Shown: piece by piece, positions 9,255-19,367 of the stretch | Position numbering within the stretch: the stretch's first letter is position 1 | Layout of the letters: every line of letters begins with the position of its first letter | IMG/VR virus record: IMGVR_UViG_3300031715_000001 | Span: 42,689 to 106,688 of that record | DNA length: 64,000 bases | Reading direction: 5' to 3' (one strand) | DNA from: a virus | Position numbers and translations under genes: made by a program | The notes under the pieces: generated by a model | Seen by the model: only the letters and a program-made list of their open reading frames with translations | The model's database searches: none | Told to the model about the DNA's origin: nothing

Positions 9255-12200
9255 CTAGTTCGCCTGCACCACTAACAGCCTCGGAAAGGTTACATCGGCT
9301 GAGTAAAAGTTGATATTACCTGTCGCTGTATCGGTAGCCCGCCCGACCTGTACAATCATCAATCCCCCTGCAATACAACCGCTCATTTGTGTAGCACCGA
9401 ATTGAACATTCGAGCCGTTATAGAAGCCGTTCGCTACCGCGCTAGCTCCGAATGTGACGGTACTTGATGACTGCGCCGCTGAAAAGGTAGCGTCATCCGA
9501 CACCGTGCCATTTCCGGCAGTAGGGCACGATACCTTCACCTGTGGGATTACGGTATGCCCGTTAGTTGTATCGGAAGCAGCCGAGAAATAAAAGCGGACG
9601 TATGGATTGGTCGCCGTATCCCAATCTTCAGGAATAGTTAGTGAGAACTGAGCAAACGTGCTGGAGGTGTCGGTAATAGTAACGAATCCGCCCTGGTTGT
9701 TTGTTCCTGCCCGGCAGCCAACGGTGCCTCCCGATCCAATTGACCAACCCGCTCCAGCCGTAGTGTTATTGCAATTAGCTGCCGGGATCTGAAGGCGTTC
9801 GGGGAAGTCTATATAGGTTGGTTTGGTGCTAGCACCCTGAGAAACAAATACTTGCCCGCTAGTCCCCGCAACAGAGGACTGAAAAGCACCGGTTGATGTA
9901 GTACCGCCTAAGATAGGAGCGAAAGCCGTAACAGACGTGTCGCCAGTGCCGCCCCCTGAGACAGTAATCGTTGGTAGATCTCCGGTTGCAATAGCCCTGA
10001 ATGCTGGAGCGCCTGCAGTGGCGAACAATGCATGAGTCGTTGTCGTGTCAGCCGAGATGGTAGCCTCAGCTTGCGAGCCTTGACCGATCACGACAGCGTT
10101 GTTGGTCAATGCTGCCGCACTGGTTACCTGGGTGGCCGGGTTTAAAGAAAACTGAGCGTACGTGATGGCACTTCCAGAAGATCCGATGGCCGTCACCTGG
10201 GACGTGAGAAGCCAAGAAGTGGTCCCGTTGACGGTGCCGGATTGAACAGGAATGCTTCCGGTATTGTTGACGTCGGACGGCGTATCGTAGTCTAAAGCTC
10301 GCGTGAACACGGTGCTTATGCCCGTAGTCCCCACCACGGTCACTGTGTATACGCCATTGTAAGCTGCCGTGGATAGATTCTTTAGTAGGTAACGCTGCCC
10401 GGTTCCACTAACAGTCACGCCGTCAATGGTCGTCGTCCCGGTTGCTGTCAGGGTATACGTGTCACCGATACCACCCCCGACCTGCACGTACGTACCTGGG
10501 ATATTAGCGGTAGTAGCTGCAAGTACGGCAACCGCTGGATTGACGGCTGCGATGGCATTCGATACGGCGGTGGTAACGAAAGCGTCAGTGGCGAGGTCGG
10601 TCGAATTATCACCGGCTGTCTGGGTGGGAGCGGTGGGGGTACCGGTCAGCGCAGGACTAGCGGAAAGAACAGCCGTGGTGCCCGTTCCGGTGGTGGTGGT
10701 GGCAATGAGTTGCTTACTGCTGTTGGTTCCTAGCAAGGTGGCTGATGTTGGAATTGCAGCGCCTTCGACCTGCACCACCGTAGCAGCCACAGATCCAGAA
10801 CCGGACGCCGTCACATCGCCAGTTAATGCGCTGATACCTCCGCCCGAGGCAGCAGCCCCCGCAGGATTCATGTCAATCAGCGGAAGAGTGGTGGAGAGAG
10901 TAGCCGAAATACCGTCTCCGAACATACCGGCAGGCAGCGTTCCGGCAACCGCCATGACGATACCAACAGTGGAACCTTGCCCGGACGTACATGAACTCGT
11001 TCCACCAGAATCCGTCACTTGGCCAGCCGTTGAGCCCGCGCAAACGGTATGGTTTAACGTCACCGCTGAGGAGGCGTTGATCGGGATCAAGCTCCCAATC
11101 TTAGCCACATGCACAGTATTCGTAAGGACTTTTTCAGCAGCGCCTAGCCAATTCGTAGGACTAGCAGGGCAATCAGCGACAGTGTTAGCTGTGGCCGCAA
11201 CAGGGCATTCCAAATTGAACTGTGTCGCTGTTGTACCTTTATCGTATGGCTGTAAGAGTATCAACGGCCCCTGCAAACCTTGTGTTGTTCCGGTGGACTC
11301 TCCGCCTTGCAACTGCAAGCTCCCCGCTACCGAAGCCGCATTCGCCACAGCGTTGTTTCCGCCGCGCACAAGCGTGTAACCACCGACCGAAGAAGAACCG
11401 CCACCAGCCTGGCTATCCGCACCACGAAAGACACCACCTGGGAGCGTGCCATTCAGGGCTGTATCTAATCCACCATCATAAACCCCTGGATTTCCGCTAT
11501 TGTTGTACATGGTGTTTCCGGGAGCCGAAAAATTGCTCGTGGTTAACTGACCCCCGAAACCACCACCCATCGAAATAACGCCGTTCCCTAGATTCACCGT
11601 TGAATAGGCCGAATAAGCATTGGCCCCATTGCCCCAAATCATGGGCTGCGCGTTGGTTGAGTTGATGCCGAAGTTGTCGGTGGCTGTTGCGGTGAAGCCC
11701 GCAGCGGCGGGGATTTTTAAGTTACCGGCGCTTCCATCGAAGATACCTCCTGATCCGAGGGTGATCGTAGTTCCAGAGTAGGTAAGTTGGCTAATTCCGC
11801 CGAACGCGCCCGCGTTATTATATTGAATCTGTGTGCTACTGCCTCCGGGACTTCCGCCTCCGCCGCCCGAGGGAGTAACTGCGTTATAGCAAGGATTGGG
11901 GCTACCTCCGGTCGTGTATTCGATCGCCTGGCCATTGGTTGGGGTAAACCCCGAGCACAGAGGAACTCCGTTAATTCCGGCCACGGTGGTTGCTGGGAAG
12001 GTACCAGAAACATCTCCGGTGAACACGCCCGCATTTACCAGGTCAGCGGCTGGAACCAACCCATAGGTTATTTGCGACACGTTGCTACTGGGAGCGCCGA
12101 CAAGCATGACTCCTGCGGCTGAAGGGCCGGTAGGTGACGCCTGTAAACCGTAACCTGTGAACGTTGCTACATCAGGACCTATAAAACTGAATATATTCGC

Positions 12201-13991
12201 TAGTATCGGCCACAGGGTGGTGTTGCCGACGAGTTGGACAACCCCTGAATTAACCCCATTGTTGGCGGAAGAGACCGGGCCTGGGAAGGTTGTGGTGGCT
12301 ACTCCCGTCGCGCTGCCGGTGTGGGTGAAGGCGATGGTAGAGGCGGCATCGGTTCCATTCCCCGGCTGAAATTGAAGCGAGACGCAGCCCTTGGTTGAAG
12401 CCGCCGCGTGCCATTCGTTACCGCAGGAGAGATCTAGGGATGGACCGCTTTGGGAAGTACTGGAGGTTGCGGCGGTTGTGTTGTACCAGGCAAACGCATC
12501 TGCCAACGCTGAGGTGTAGTCAAAAACCGACGTGTCCCCGGTCATGCTAAGGGTGAGGTTTCCGGTTGGGTTGCCGATAGCGCTCCAAATTACCGAGCCC
12601 GATCCAACAGCCCCGCAGGTTAGCGTGTGGCTTGGATAGACCAGTGCATGTGCGCCGTCATTGGCACAGACGGGGATGGCTTGAGTGCTTGGGATTGCTG
12701 AGGAGGCAGTGAAATTACCGAAGATGTTGTCCGCGCCGACGCTGGCTAATCCGCCTGCCGGGAGGCCAAGCGCATTTGCTAGATTTACGCTGACTGGCGT
12801 TCCAAGTGCAGGAGCTACCAAGGTTTTACTGGAGAGGGTTTGGGGGTCGGTGGTGCCGACTATCGTACCTGTGGGCGCAGCCACCGTGGTTCCCCACGAG
12901 GTGCCTGAAACTACAATCGGAACGCCGGAGCCGGTAGGATAGACCATCCCGCTTCCGCTCCCAAGGGCGGTCCATATATTTGTAGTAGCGCAGCCTTTGA
13001 ACGTCGCCGCCACGGTATTAAATTCGATCTGACCAGCCGCGCAACTTGCTGGGTCGGAGGCATGGTTGGGGAGTAACAGATCCACAGCGCTGAAACTCTG
13101 CAACCCTGTGGAGTACGTATTCGCTTGGTCGTTGAATACAACATCGCTGGCTAGGCGCGCTTTTGCAAGCGTCCCAGTCCACCCTGCCGTAAGGACTCCG
13201 CCAGATAGTGAAAGCGTTACATTGGTATCATTCGCGGTGGATGTGACCGTGCCTAAACAGGACCCACTGCCGAACAATGCGTGGGTGGCGTCACAAGTAC
13301 CAGTCCACAGGCCAATTATGTCGCTAGCCAACGCAGACGCCGTCCCTCCAGCCCCATTACCTTTGAGTGGAGCGCTTCCGGAAGTTGCGGCCACGTAATC
13401 GGTGCCAGCAACAGCTAATCCCGCCACACCGCTGGTAACCTTCACGATTCCCGTACCGGAGGGAGCAGGACCAGCCGGACCAGCCGGTCCAGTTGCGCCA
13501 GTCGCCCCAGGGACTCCGGGGAGTCCCCACGTCATGGTGACAGACCCGGTGATGGAGCCTCCCGCCACCACCATCCGGATGTCGATGAGGTCATTCACGG
13601 CTGTCGTGAAATTAGCGGTGCTGCCGCATGTGATATTTGCCGGCGCGGAAGAACTGCCATTGACAGGGCACGTCACTGTTTGCGGCAACGTGTTGTCCAT
13701 AAATGTAAATGTGGCCGTGACGCCGGCACCTAGAGCGGAACTCCAGCGCGCCGCGAAATTTGAAATAGAACCAGCGATCAGTACAGGCGTTTGGACAACG
13801 GTCTCAGTCGTGTTGGCCGCGATATTGCCGCCGGCTGCCGGGAAGTAGTAAGTGCCTGCGATATAGGTGGCGGATGCAACCGCGGAACTTCCGCCGCCTC
13901 CCCCGCCGCCGCCCGTGCCGCCCGGACCATTGACGAACTGAGCCTGGACGAATGCGCACACGAATACGGCAAAGAAAAGAAGTCTTCTCAT
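9255..13991 (-). CDS. long tail fibre protein
   Basis: 1578 aa; collagen-like GxY triplets (GVPGATGATGPAGPAG); tail-fibre repeat SPALTGTPTAPT...LATDAFV; GGSSTQIQYNNAGAFGG motif; N-terminal signal peptide. Confidence 0.8.
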   Translation of the reverse strand: MRRLLFFAVFVCAFVQAQFVNGPGGTGGGGGGGGSSAVASATYIAGTYYFPAAGGNIAANTTETVVQTPVLIAGSISNFAARWSSALGAGVTATFTFMDNTLPQTVTCPVNGSSSAPANITCGSTANFTTAVNDLIDIRMVVAGGSITGSVTMTWGLPGVPGATGATGPAGPAGPAPSGTGIVKVTSGVAGLAVAGTDYVAATSGSAPLKGNGAGGTASALASDIIGLWTGTCDATHALFGSGSCLGTVTSTANDTNVTLSLSGGVLTAGWTGTLAKARLASDVVFNDQANTYSTGLQSFSAVDLLLPNHASDPASCAAGQIEFNTVAATFKGCATTNIWTALGSGSGMVYPTGSGVPIVVSGTSWGTTVAAPTGTIVGTTDPQTLSSKTLVAPALGTPVSVNLANALGLPAGGLASVGADNIFGNFTASSAIPSTQAIPVCANDGAHALVYPSHTLTCGAVGSGSVIWSAIGNPTGNLTLSMTGDTSVFDYTSALADAFAWYNTTAATSSTSQSGPSLDLSCGNEWHAAASTKGCVSLQFQPGNGTDAASTIAFTHTGSATGVATTTFPGPVSSANNGVNSGVVQLVGNTTLWPILANIFSFIGPDVATFTGYGLQASPTGPSAAGVMLVGAPSSNVSQITYGLVPAADLVNAGVFTGDVSGTFPATTVAGINGVPLCSGFTPTNGQAIEYTTGGSPNPCYNAVTPSGGGGGSPGGSSTQIQYNNAGAFGGISQLTYSGTTITLGSGGIFDGSAGNLKIPAAAGFTATATDNFGINSTNAQPMIWGNGANAYSAYSTVNLGNGVISMGGGFGGQLTTSNFSAPGNTMYNNSGNPGVYDGGLDTALNGTLPGGVFRGADSQAGGGSSSVGGYTLVRGGNNAVANAASVAGSLQLQGGESTGTTQGLQGPLILLQPYDKGTTATQFNLECPVAATANTVADCPASPTNWLGAAEKVLTNTVHVAKIGSLIPINASSAVTLNHTVCAGSTAGQVTDSGGTSSCTSGQGSTVGIVMAVAGTLPAGMFGDGISATLSTTLPLIDMNPAGAAASGGGISALTGDVTASGSGSVAATVVQVEGAAIPTSATLLGTNSSKQLIATTTTGTGTTAVLSASPALTGTPTAPTQTAGDNSTDLATDAFVTTAVSNAIAAVNPAVAVLAATTANIPGTYVQVGGGIGDTYTLTATGTTTIDGVTVSGTGQRYLLKNLSTAAYNGVYTVTVVGTTGISTVFTRALDYDTPSDVNNTGSIPVQSGTVNGTTSWLLTSQVTAIGSSGSAITYAQFSLNPATQVTSAAALTNNAVVIGQGSQAEATISADTTTTHALFATAGAPAFRAIATGDLPTITVSGGGTGDTSVTAFAPILGGTTSTGAFQSSVAGTSGQVFVSQGASTKPTYIDFPERLQIPAANCNNTTAGAGWSIGSGGTVGCRAGTNNQGGFVTITDTSSTFAQFSLTIPEDWDTATNPYVRFYFSAASDTTNGHTVIPQVKVSCPTAGNGTVSDDATFSAAQSSSTVTFGASAVANGFYNGSNVQFGATQMSGCIAGGLMIVQVGRATDTATGNINFYSADVTFPRLLVVQAN

Positions 13992-14060
13992 GAAGTTGGA
14001 ACCTTAAAGTTGAAATTGGTGGAGAGCGGGGAGCTTTACGCTAGATCTCTAGGGCGCATA

Positions 14061-17000
14061 TTATTTGGCGGTCACTGTCCAGGCCGAGCCATCACAGTAG
14101 GCTTCGACGTGGTTTGATCCCCCGCCGGTGATTGTCGCTCCCCACGTGTTGGTCACTGAGTCGGTAACGGGCGCATGGCGCCCTTCGTTTCCGGATGCAC
14201 AGGTAGCCAGAGCCGAGAATGAATTGGTTTTCGATCCGTAGGACCCGACGTCATCAAGCGACCAAGCCAGCGCTTTGGCGTTGTTCAAAATCTGGTACTG
14301 GCCCGCGCTGGCTACGCGAAAGTATTTTATGGGCGACGTGGCGCCGGTCTCCACATTTTCGAAAATCATCTCGTTGGTGTCGCTGGTTGCGTTGAAGCGG
14401 TAACGAGCCGGTGTCTCGAAGGTGGCGTATTGGGTGGCGGCCGTATAGGCGTTCAACTCAGTCGAATCAACAAGCGGAACTCCAGACGACGCCTGCACTG
14501 GCGCCCTCATGACCAAACGTGTCGGCGGTGTCGATGTATCCAGCCTGATGCTGCGAAAGGTTCCCCCAAATTTCGGATTAATGAAGGAAACCAAGTCGGA
14601 CGAGGTTTGGACCTTGACGTCGCCGCCCAAGCCCGATGCATTATTGCTCCCGAACGTAGTGTTGCCGAACGACACGATGGCGCTGTTATCGATAAGCCCC
14701 GCGAATACGGAGCCGCTGACGGAATTGGAGAAAAAGGAATTGTCTATCTGAACGTTTCGCGCGTTGTGCGTATAGAGCGATGACGTTGAGGCGGTCCCAT
14801 CGACGATCAACTGATCGAAAAACGAGAACATCGATTGCAGCGAATTGGTGTTCTCTATTTGTACGGCGACTGCCCACGCACCATAGATTCTGATCCCAAA
14901 GCCGTAGGTTGCTCCAGCAGCGGCCGCCGTGGTGGCAAGATCATGAAACGCTATCTGCCCGGTTCCCGCCGGCGGATTGATGACAACATTGTAGAAGCTG
15001 TTCTCTCCGGCGCTCCCCGTCTTGTCATGATGAACTGCGTCGCAACTGACATTGGTAATACCCAGATTGCCGAAACCGGATGCCTGCGTGAGGGCGATAT
15101 TGAGGCCGTTACAGCCGCCATAGAGAGATGCATCGGAGACGAAGTCAGGAACTCCGCCCAGGCCGCCGTAACTCGACACCACGACGTCGTCCTTTGTGGT
15201 GCTCTGGTTGTCCACCGTCAACTTGTGGAGTCCGACGCGGTCGCGTCCTATGGGGCCCGGATTTTGACTGTCGCAGGTGAACCGGAAGGCAGGATTCGGA
15301 ATCGTGGCATCGTAGACCAAGACCACACCGCTTCGCGAGGTGCCGACTATTTCCACGAGGTTTAGATAGACCTCTACCCCGGCGTGCATTGTGAAGGTCC
15401 CGTCGGGAATGGTTACCGTGCCGGAGTGGCCGCCGAAGTTGGGATCCACTGGAAGAGCCCACATTGCTTCATCGATGCCGGCGGTTGCGCTCGATATCGT
15501 CCAGGAGCCGGTATGATTATTAGCCGGCACAAAGGTGAGGGTTCCAGTGGAGGCGCCGGACGTGCACGTTCCACCGGTGATGAGCACCGCCTCGGCGGTT
15601 CCCGTCCCGGCCGAAATCCACTTGTAGTCGCGCGCGTTCGTCCCGTTCACCCCTAAAGGACAGGGAGCCATGTTGGCTGTGTTCGTAAGCCCCGCAATGA
15701 GGGTTCCTCCTGGACTTTGGGCTTGAAAGTTGTAATCAGCGGCATTATTGATGGCCAGCGTGCTGAACTGCAGTGTCGGCGTCACGATATTGGGCGCGAC
15801 GCGCAAATAGTTAAGCTGCGCTCCCGTTCCCAGCCCGAGGCCGCCATTTGCGAGCTGTAATATTCCAGTCACATCCGTTGTGAGCCCGACCGGGGAATAA
15901 GCTGGAGGACCGGCCACGTTTCCGTGCAGCAAGGTGGTCGTCGTTCCTAGGGTCGAGAGCGCCGAAGTCCCCTGCGAACCGGCCCCGATGATCAGAGCGT
16001 TCAGCGTCTCCGCCGCGGCGCTCGTTACGCACGTCGGGCAGGCGATCGCGCCCGTAGCCGTGATCGGACCTCCGGTGATTGGACCGGTGGTCGTGATGCT
16101 CGTGACCGTGCCCGTTCCAGCCGTGTTAGCGACCCATTGGACACCGCCTGGTTGGGCGGAATTGGACTCCAGGACGAAGCCGTTGGTGCCCGCAACCGTG
16201 ATCCCGAAGGTTCCGGTGCCGGTCCCGGTGACGATTCCGCCTTTGGCAACCCCGCTCGAATCGAAGCCGGTTCCGCCTTGCGCGGGCGTCACCGCCGCAT
16301 TGGTGGTTAATACCGTGGCGCTGGCGTTCGGGAATGCAAAGGTCTTGAGCGAAGTGGTGGGTCCTGAGACGGCGAAAAAGCCGTTGCCTGATCCACCGCT
16401 CGCGCCCGGCAGAATTCCCGCGACATCGGTGGTCAGAGTAACCGGAAGAAAAGAGCCGGTGCCTCCAGCGTTGCCGTGGTAGACCGTCGTCGTACTTCCA
16501 AGCGTCCCCAGCACCGTCGCGTCGTTTGCACCATTGCCGATCAGCAGTTGTCCCGCAAAGAGTGGGCCGCTCGAGTTGGTAACCGTCCCCGCGCCCGCTA
16601 CGGTCGCCCAGGTTCCATCGCCGCGCCAGAAAGTGATGCTCGACGCTCCCGTGCCGCCGTTCAAGTTTGAAACTGGTAGATTACCGGTCACGCCGCCATT
16701 TCCCGAGGCCGCCAGGTTGATCGCCGCCAGGCGCGCCCCTGCGACTGTTCCGCCCGAGAGATTGTTACCGTTCGTTGCGTCAATGGTCGCCGAAGGCGAA
16801 AAGCCGGTGCCGTTCGTGGTTGTGACGATCGTGGCGCAGCTTCCGGCCGCTTTCTGCACATCTCCGGTAAAAGCGGGAACTTGAGGACAGAGCAGCGAGC
16901 CGCTCAATACGGAAGCGGGCAGGCTTGTGATCCAGGCGGGATTCGAATAGCTTCCCGTCGAGACGATGAGATTCGCCGCCGGAATCGAACTGTCGATGAT

Positions 17001-17738
17001 ATTGCCGCTCGAATCGAAGAACGGAATATCCCCTGTCGAAAAGACACCTGATCCGCTGGTGAGTTTCCCGCTGTTTCCATACAGCGAAGTGATGGGCACG
17101 CCTAGGATCTGATTGGCGTTATTGATTCCGGTTCCTGAAAAGGTCAAGACACTGCTCGATCCGACCGTCAGGGTCTGGCCGGTGTTATTCACTCCGGTCA
17201 GGATGGAGGAAAAGGTGGTGGATCCGCCGCCTCCCCCTCCGCCCGCGCCCGGCGCCCAATAATTGCCGTTCCAGGTGAGCACGTTGCCGATCGAAGCGCC
17301 GGCGTTTGAGATTTGCGCGGGTGCGATGATGCCGGTAGAAGGAGGCGGGCAACCGACTGAGGATTCGACGATGTTGAGCGAGACCGGGGAGGAGGAGACT
17401 GGGACGTACCAGTATCGTGAGCTGGCCTGCCCATTGAGCCGGTATTGGACTTGAAAACAGCCGATCGGCAACATGGCCGCGGTGGGGAACAAAGAGATGT
17501 TGACCGCACCGTTTGTGATCGAGACGGTCTCCGAGCCGGGAAAAATCACCTGCCGCGGATTGGCGTCGTTGGTGTAACGCCCCCACGAAATTACGATCGT
17601 GCCGCTTGGATGCGTATTGTTCGGCCAGGTGATGGTGTCGGAGATCTGGGTCAGCGCGGACTGCCCGAAAACATTGAGTGAAAACGCTAAAGCGATGGTA
17701 AGATACAGAATGAGCCGCGCGACGTTGACGCGCCGCAG
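14061..17738 (-). CDS. tail fibre/tailspike with C-terminal beta-helix region (start uncertain; CTG at 17738 proposed)
   Basis: GNLPVSNLNGGTGASSITFWRGDGTW and GTGTVTSITT fibre motifs; GTVTIPDGTF beta-helix entry motif; signal-like segment RRVNVARLILYLTIALAFSLNVFGQ. Confidence 0.7.
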   Translation of the reverse strand: MRRVNVARLILYLTIALAFSLNVFGQSALTQISDTITWPNNTHPSGTIVISWGRYTNDANPRQVIFPGSETVSITNGAVNISLFPTAAMLPIGCFQVQYRLNGQASSRYWYVPVSSSPVSLNIVESSVGCPPPSTGIIAPAQISNAGASIGNVLTWNGNYWAPGAGGGGGGGSTTFSSILTGVNNTGQTLTVGSSSVLTFSGTGINNANQILGVPITSLYGNSGKLTSGSGVFSTGDIPFFDSSGNIIDSSIPAANLIVSTGSYSNPAWITSLPASVLSGSLLCPQVPAFTGDVQKAAGSCATIVTTTNGTGFSPSATIDATNGNNLSGGTVAGARLAAINLAASGNGGVTGNLPVSNLNGGTGASSITFWRGDGTWATVAGAGTVTNSSGPLFAGQLLIGNGANDATVLGTLGSTTTVYHGNAGGTGSFLPVTLTTDVAGILPGASGGSGNGFFAVSGPTTSLKTFAFPNASATVLTTNAAVTPAQGGTGFDSSGVAKGGIVTGTGTGTFGITVAGTNGFVLESNSAQPGGVQWVANTAGTGTVTSITTTGPITGGPITATGAIACPTCVTSAAAETLNALIIGAGSQGTSALSTLGTTTTLLHGNVAGPPAYSPVGLTTDVTGILQLANGGLGLGTGAQLNYLRVAPNIVTPTLQFSTLAINNAADYNFQAQSPGGTLIAGLTNTANMAPCPLGVNGTNARDYKWISAGTGTAEAVLITGGTCTSGASTGTLTFVPANNHTGSWTISSATAGIDEAMWALPVDPNFGGHSGTVTIPDGTFTMHAGVEVYLNLVEIVGTSRSGVVLVYDATIPNPAFRFTCDSQNPGPIGRDRVGLHKLTVDNQSTTKDDVVVSSYGGLGGVPDFVSDASLYGGCNGLNIALTQASGFGNLGITNVSCDAVHHDKTGSAGENSFYNVVINPPAGTGQIAFHDLATTAAAAGATYGFGIRIYGAWAVAVQIENTNSLQSMFSFFDQLIVDGTASTSSLYTHNARNVQIDNSFFSNSVSGSVFAGLIDNSAIVSFGNTTFGSNNASGLGGDVKVQTSSDLVSFINPKFGGTFRSIRLDTSTPPTRLVMRAPVQASSGVPLVDSTELNAYTAATQYATFETPARYRFNATSDTNEMIFENVETGATSPIKYFRVASAGQYQILNNAKALAWSLDDVGSYGSKTNSFSALATCASGNEGRHAPVTDSVTNTWGATITGGGSNHVEAYCDGSAWTVTAK

Positions 17739-17771
17739 CGGCTCGGCACGAGACCCATAGGAGGGGTCAAC

Positions 17772-18578
17772 ATGCAAACCAATATTACACCTGCGCTCAG
17801 TTGGCACATCCAGGATATTTCCGGGCAGACCTTTGGAGCGCTCATCGTCGAAGAATTTAGTCATGTTGGAAAGAGACATACGACCTACTGGAAATGCCGT
17901 TGCGCATGCGGGGTGGTGAGAACCATCCGTCAGGACCAATTGAAAGCGGGCCAGCCCTGCAAGGCTTGCTATGTGGGGCAGAAGAGGGAACGAGTACTAG
18001 CGAGGATGGAAAAGCGCTGCAGTGTCTGCCATCAGACGCTTCCGCTATGCGGGTTCAATAAGGACAATCAATACACGGGGCGGATCAGTTCCCGCTGCAA
18101 GGCCTGCGCCATAGAAATGCAAATACGACAGAGGGAGAGAATAAAGGTCCTAGCCCTTCAAAGGCAAAAGCGGAGAGCGTCAGAGTCCGCGTTGGAAGAA
18201 AAACTCTGCCCGAAATGCCACAAGACCAAACCGGTTGGAGACTTTTGGAAAACTAAGCAGACCGTTCATGGGCTAACGTCCCGGTGTAAGGAGTGCCTAG
18301 TAGCAGACGATCGCGAACGAAAATTCGGTCTTACTCCAGAAGCGCTGCAGTCTATGTCGAAGTCGCAAGGGAACTGTTGTTATGTCTGTCACAGTCCTTT
18401 TTCCGGCCCTCACACAAGAGCAATAGACCATTGTCATGAGTCTGGATTGGTTCGCGGGCTATTATGCCCACAGTGCAATCTTGGACTCGGGTGTTTTCGT
18501 GACTCGCCTGACCGACTCCGGGCCGCCGCTCTCTATATCGAGAAATGGCTGGAGCGGCGCGCCACCCCTGCGGCGTAA
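17772..18578 (+). CDS. free-standing endonuclease VII-family HNH (putative homing) endonuclease
   Basis: N-terminal DISGQTFGALIV...WKCRCACG domain; CxxC zinc fingers; C-terminal CYVC...IDHCHESGLVRGLLCPQCNLGLG EndoVII motif; GGAGG RBS. Confidence 0.85.
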   Translation: MQTNITPALSWHIQDISGQTFGALIVEEFSHVGKRHTTYWKCRCACGVVRTIRQDQLKAGQPCKACYVGQKRERVLARMEKRCSVCHQTLPLCGFNKDNQYTGRISSRCKACAIEMQIRQRERIKVLALQRQKRRASESALEEKLCPKCHKTKPVGDFWKTKQTVHGLTSRCKECLVADDRERKFGLTPEALQSMSKSQGNCCYVCHSPFSGPHTRAIDHCHESGLVRGLLCPQCNLGLGCFRDSPDRLRAAALYIEKWLERRATPAA

Positions 18579-18620
18579 GCTAAATGCAGGTGTTAGGGAT
18601 GAACCGGGATGATCTTGTAG

Positions 18621-19019
18621 CTATTTCTTCTCGGGCGTAGGGGGCTTATTCCACCACACGTGCGGCGTTACGGGCCGCCCCTCCGGGCCCTTTAGCAACT
18701 TTCCATCCGGGCCGAATCCGCTGACTCCGCATTCCGGGGTCTTTATCTTGTCCTTGGGGACGCCCACCGATTCACAAGCTTTCGCTACCATCGCTTGCTG
18801 ATCAGCGATCACGGGATCGATCTCATTGTGATAGTCGTCGATCTTGTAATTCTTGTTGATCAGATTGATTTGAGAGATCGTGAAGGCTAAGTGATAGGTC
18901 TCTTCGTCGGTGAAATCTCTTCCATTCGATGATTTCTCGGTTTGCTTCGGAACTACTGATTTCGGTTCCTGAGCATAAATAAGTGATGTCAAAAGTGTAA
19001 GTAAAATCAAAAGCTTCAT
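18621..19019 (-). CDS. small secreted protein
   Basis: AAGGA RBS; signal peptide MKLLILLTLLTSLIYAQ. Confidence 0.65.
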   Translation of the reverse strand: MKLLILLTLLTSLIYAQEPKSVVPKQTEKSSNGRDFTDEETYHLAFTISQINLINKNYKIDDYHNEIDPVIADQQAMVAKACESVGVPKDKIKTPECGVSGFGPDGKLLKGPEGRPVTPHVWWNKPPTPEKK

Positions 19020-19035
19020 GCTTTTTCCTTTCGTG

Positions 19036-19347
19036 CGTCTCGTGCGCTCCTGGAACCCGCGCACGTTGGGGATTAGTTATTTCGTATCGTCAGCAGCGCA
19101 TGGAAACTGGTGCTCTGGAAACTCGGCAGGATCGCCGGGATACTCACCACCGCAGTTTTCGCAGTAGGTGACCGTCTCGTACGAGTCGGCCACGTCAGGA
19201 GGCCCACCAGCACGCTGACTCTTCCATTTATGCTCCATCTCGCCAGTCTCCCACGTGCCCGTCGGCATCGAGCGAAGACGGGTCCCCGTACTTATCCGCA
19301 GGATAAGGCCGGGTATCCAGGATGCGAGTGGACGAGGGCACGAAACG
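19036..19347. mobile_element. hairpin-flanked cassette A (left end 19036-19074, right end 19254-19347)
   Basis: Left CGTCT-cgtgcgc-tcctggaaccc-gcgcacg-TTGGGGATT; inverted right end cgtgccc-(75-nt loop)-gggcacg-AAACG; outer inverted repeat cgtgcgtYtcgtgc. Confidence 0.7.
19077..19238 (-). CDS. cassette A cargo, small CxxC protein (53 aa)
   Basis: GGAG RBS; MEHKWKSQ...YCENCGGEY; lies entirely between the two hairpins. Confidence 0.55.
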   Translation of the reverse strand: MEHKWKSQRAGGPPDVADSYETVTYCENCGGEYPGDPAEFPEHQFPCAADDTK

Positions 19348-19367
19348 CACGATAGCCTCAATTCCAT

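Noticed and set aside
10426-11379. Long plus-strand ORFs within virion genes (for example 10426-11379, 36727-37491, 60061-61017)
   Set aside because: These are shadow ORFs opposite well-supported genes in GC-rich DNA, with no recognisable motifs.
17739-17939. N-terminal extension of the 1292-aa ORF given in the track
   Set aside because: It overlaps the well-supported antisense HNH gene and precedes a signal-like segment, so it is probably not translated.
18579-18620. Group I intron around the HNH gene at 17772-18578
   Set aside because: No upstream exon start and no recognisable P7 or other core intron motifs were found in the short flanks.
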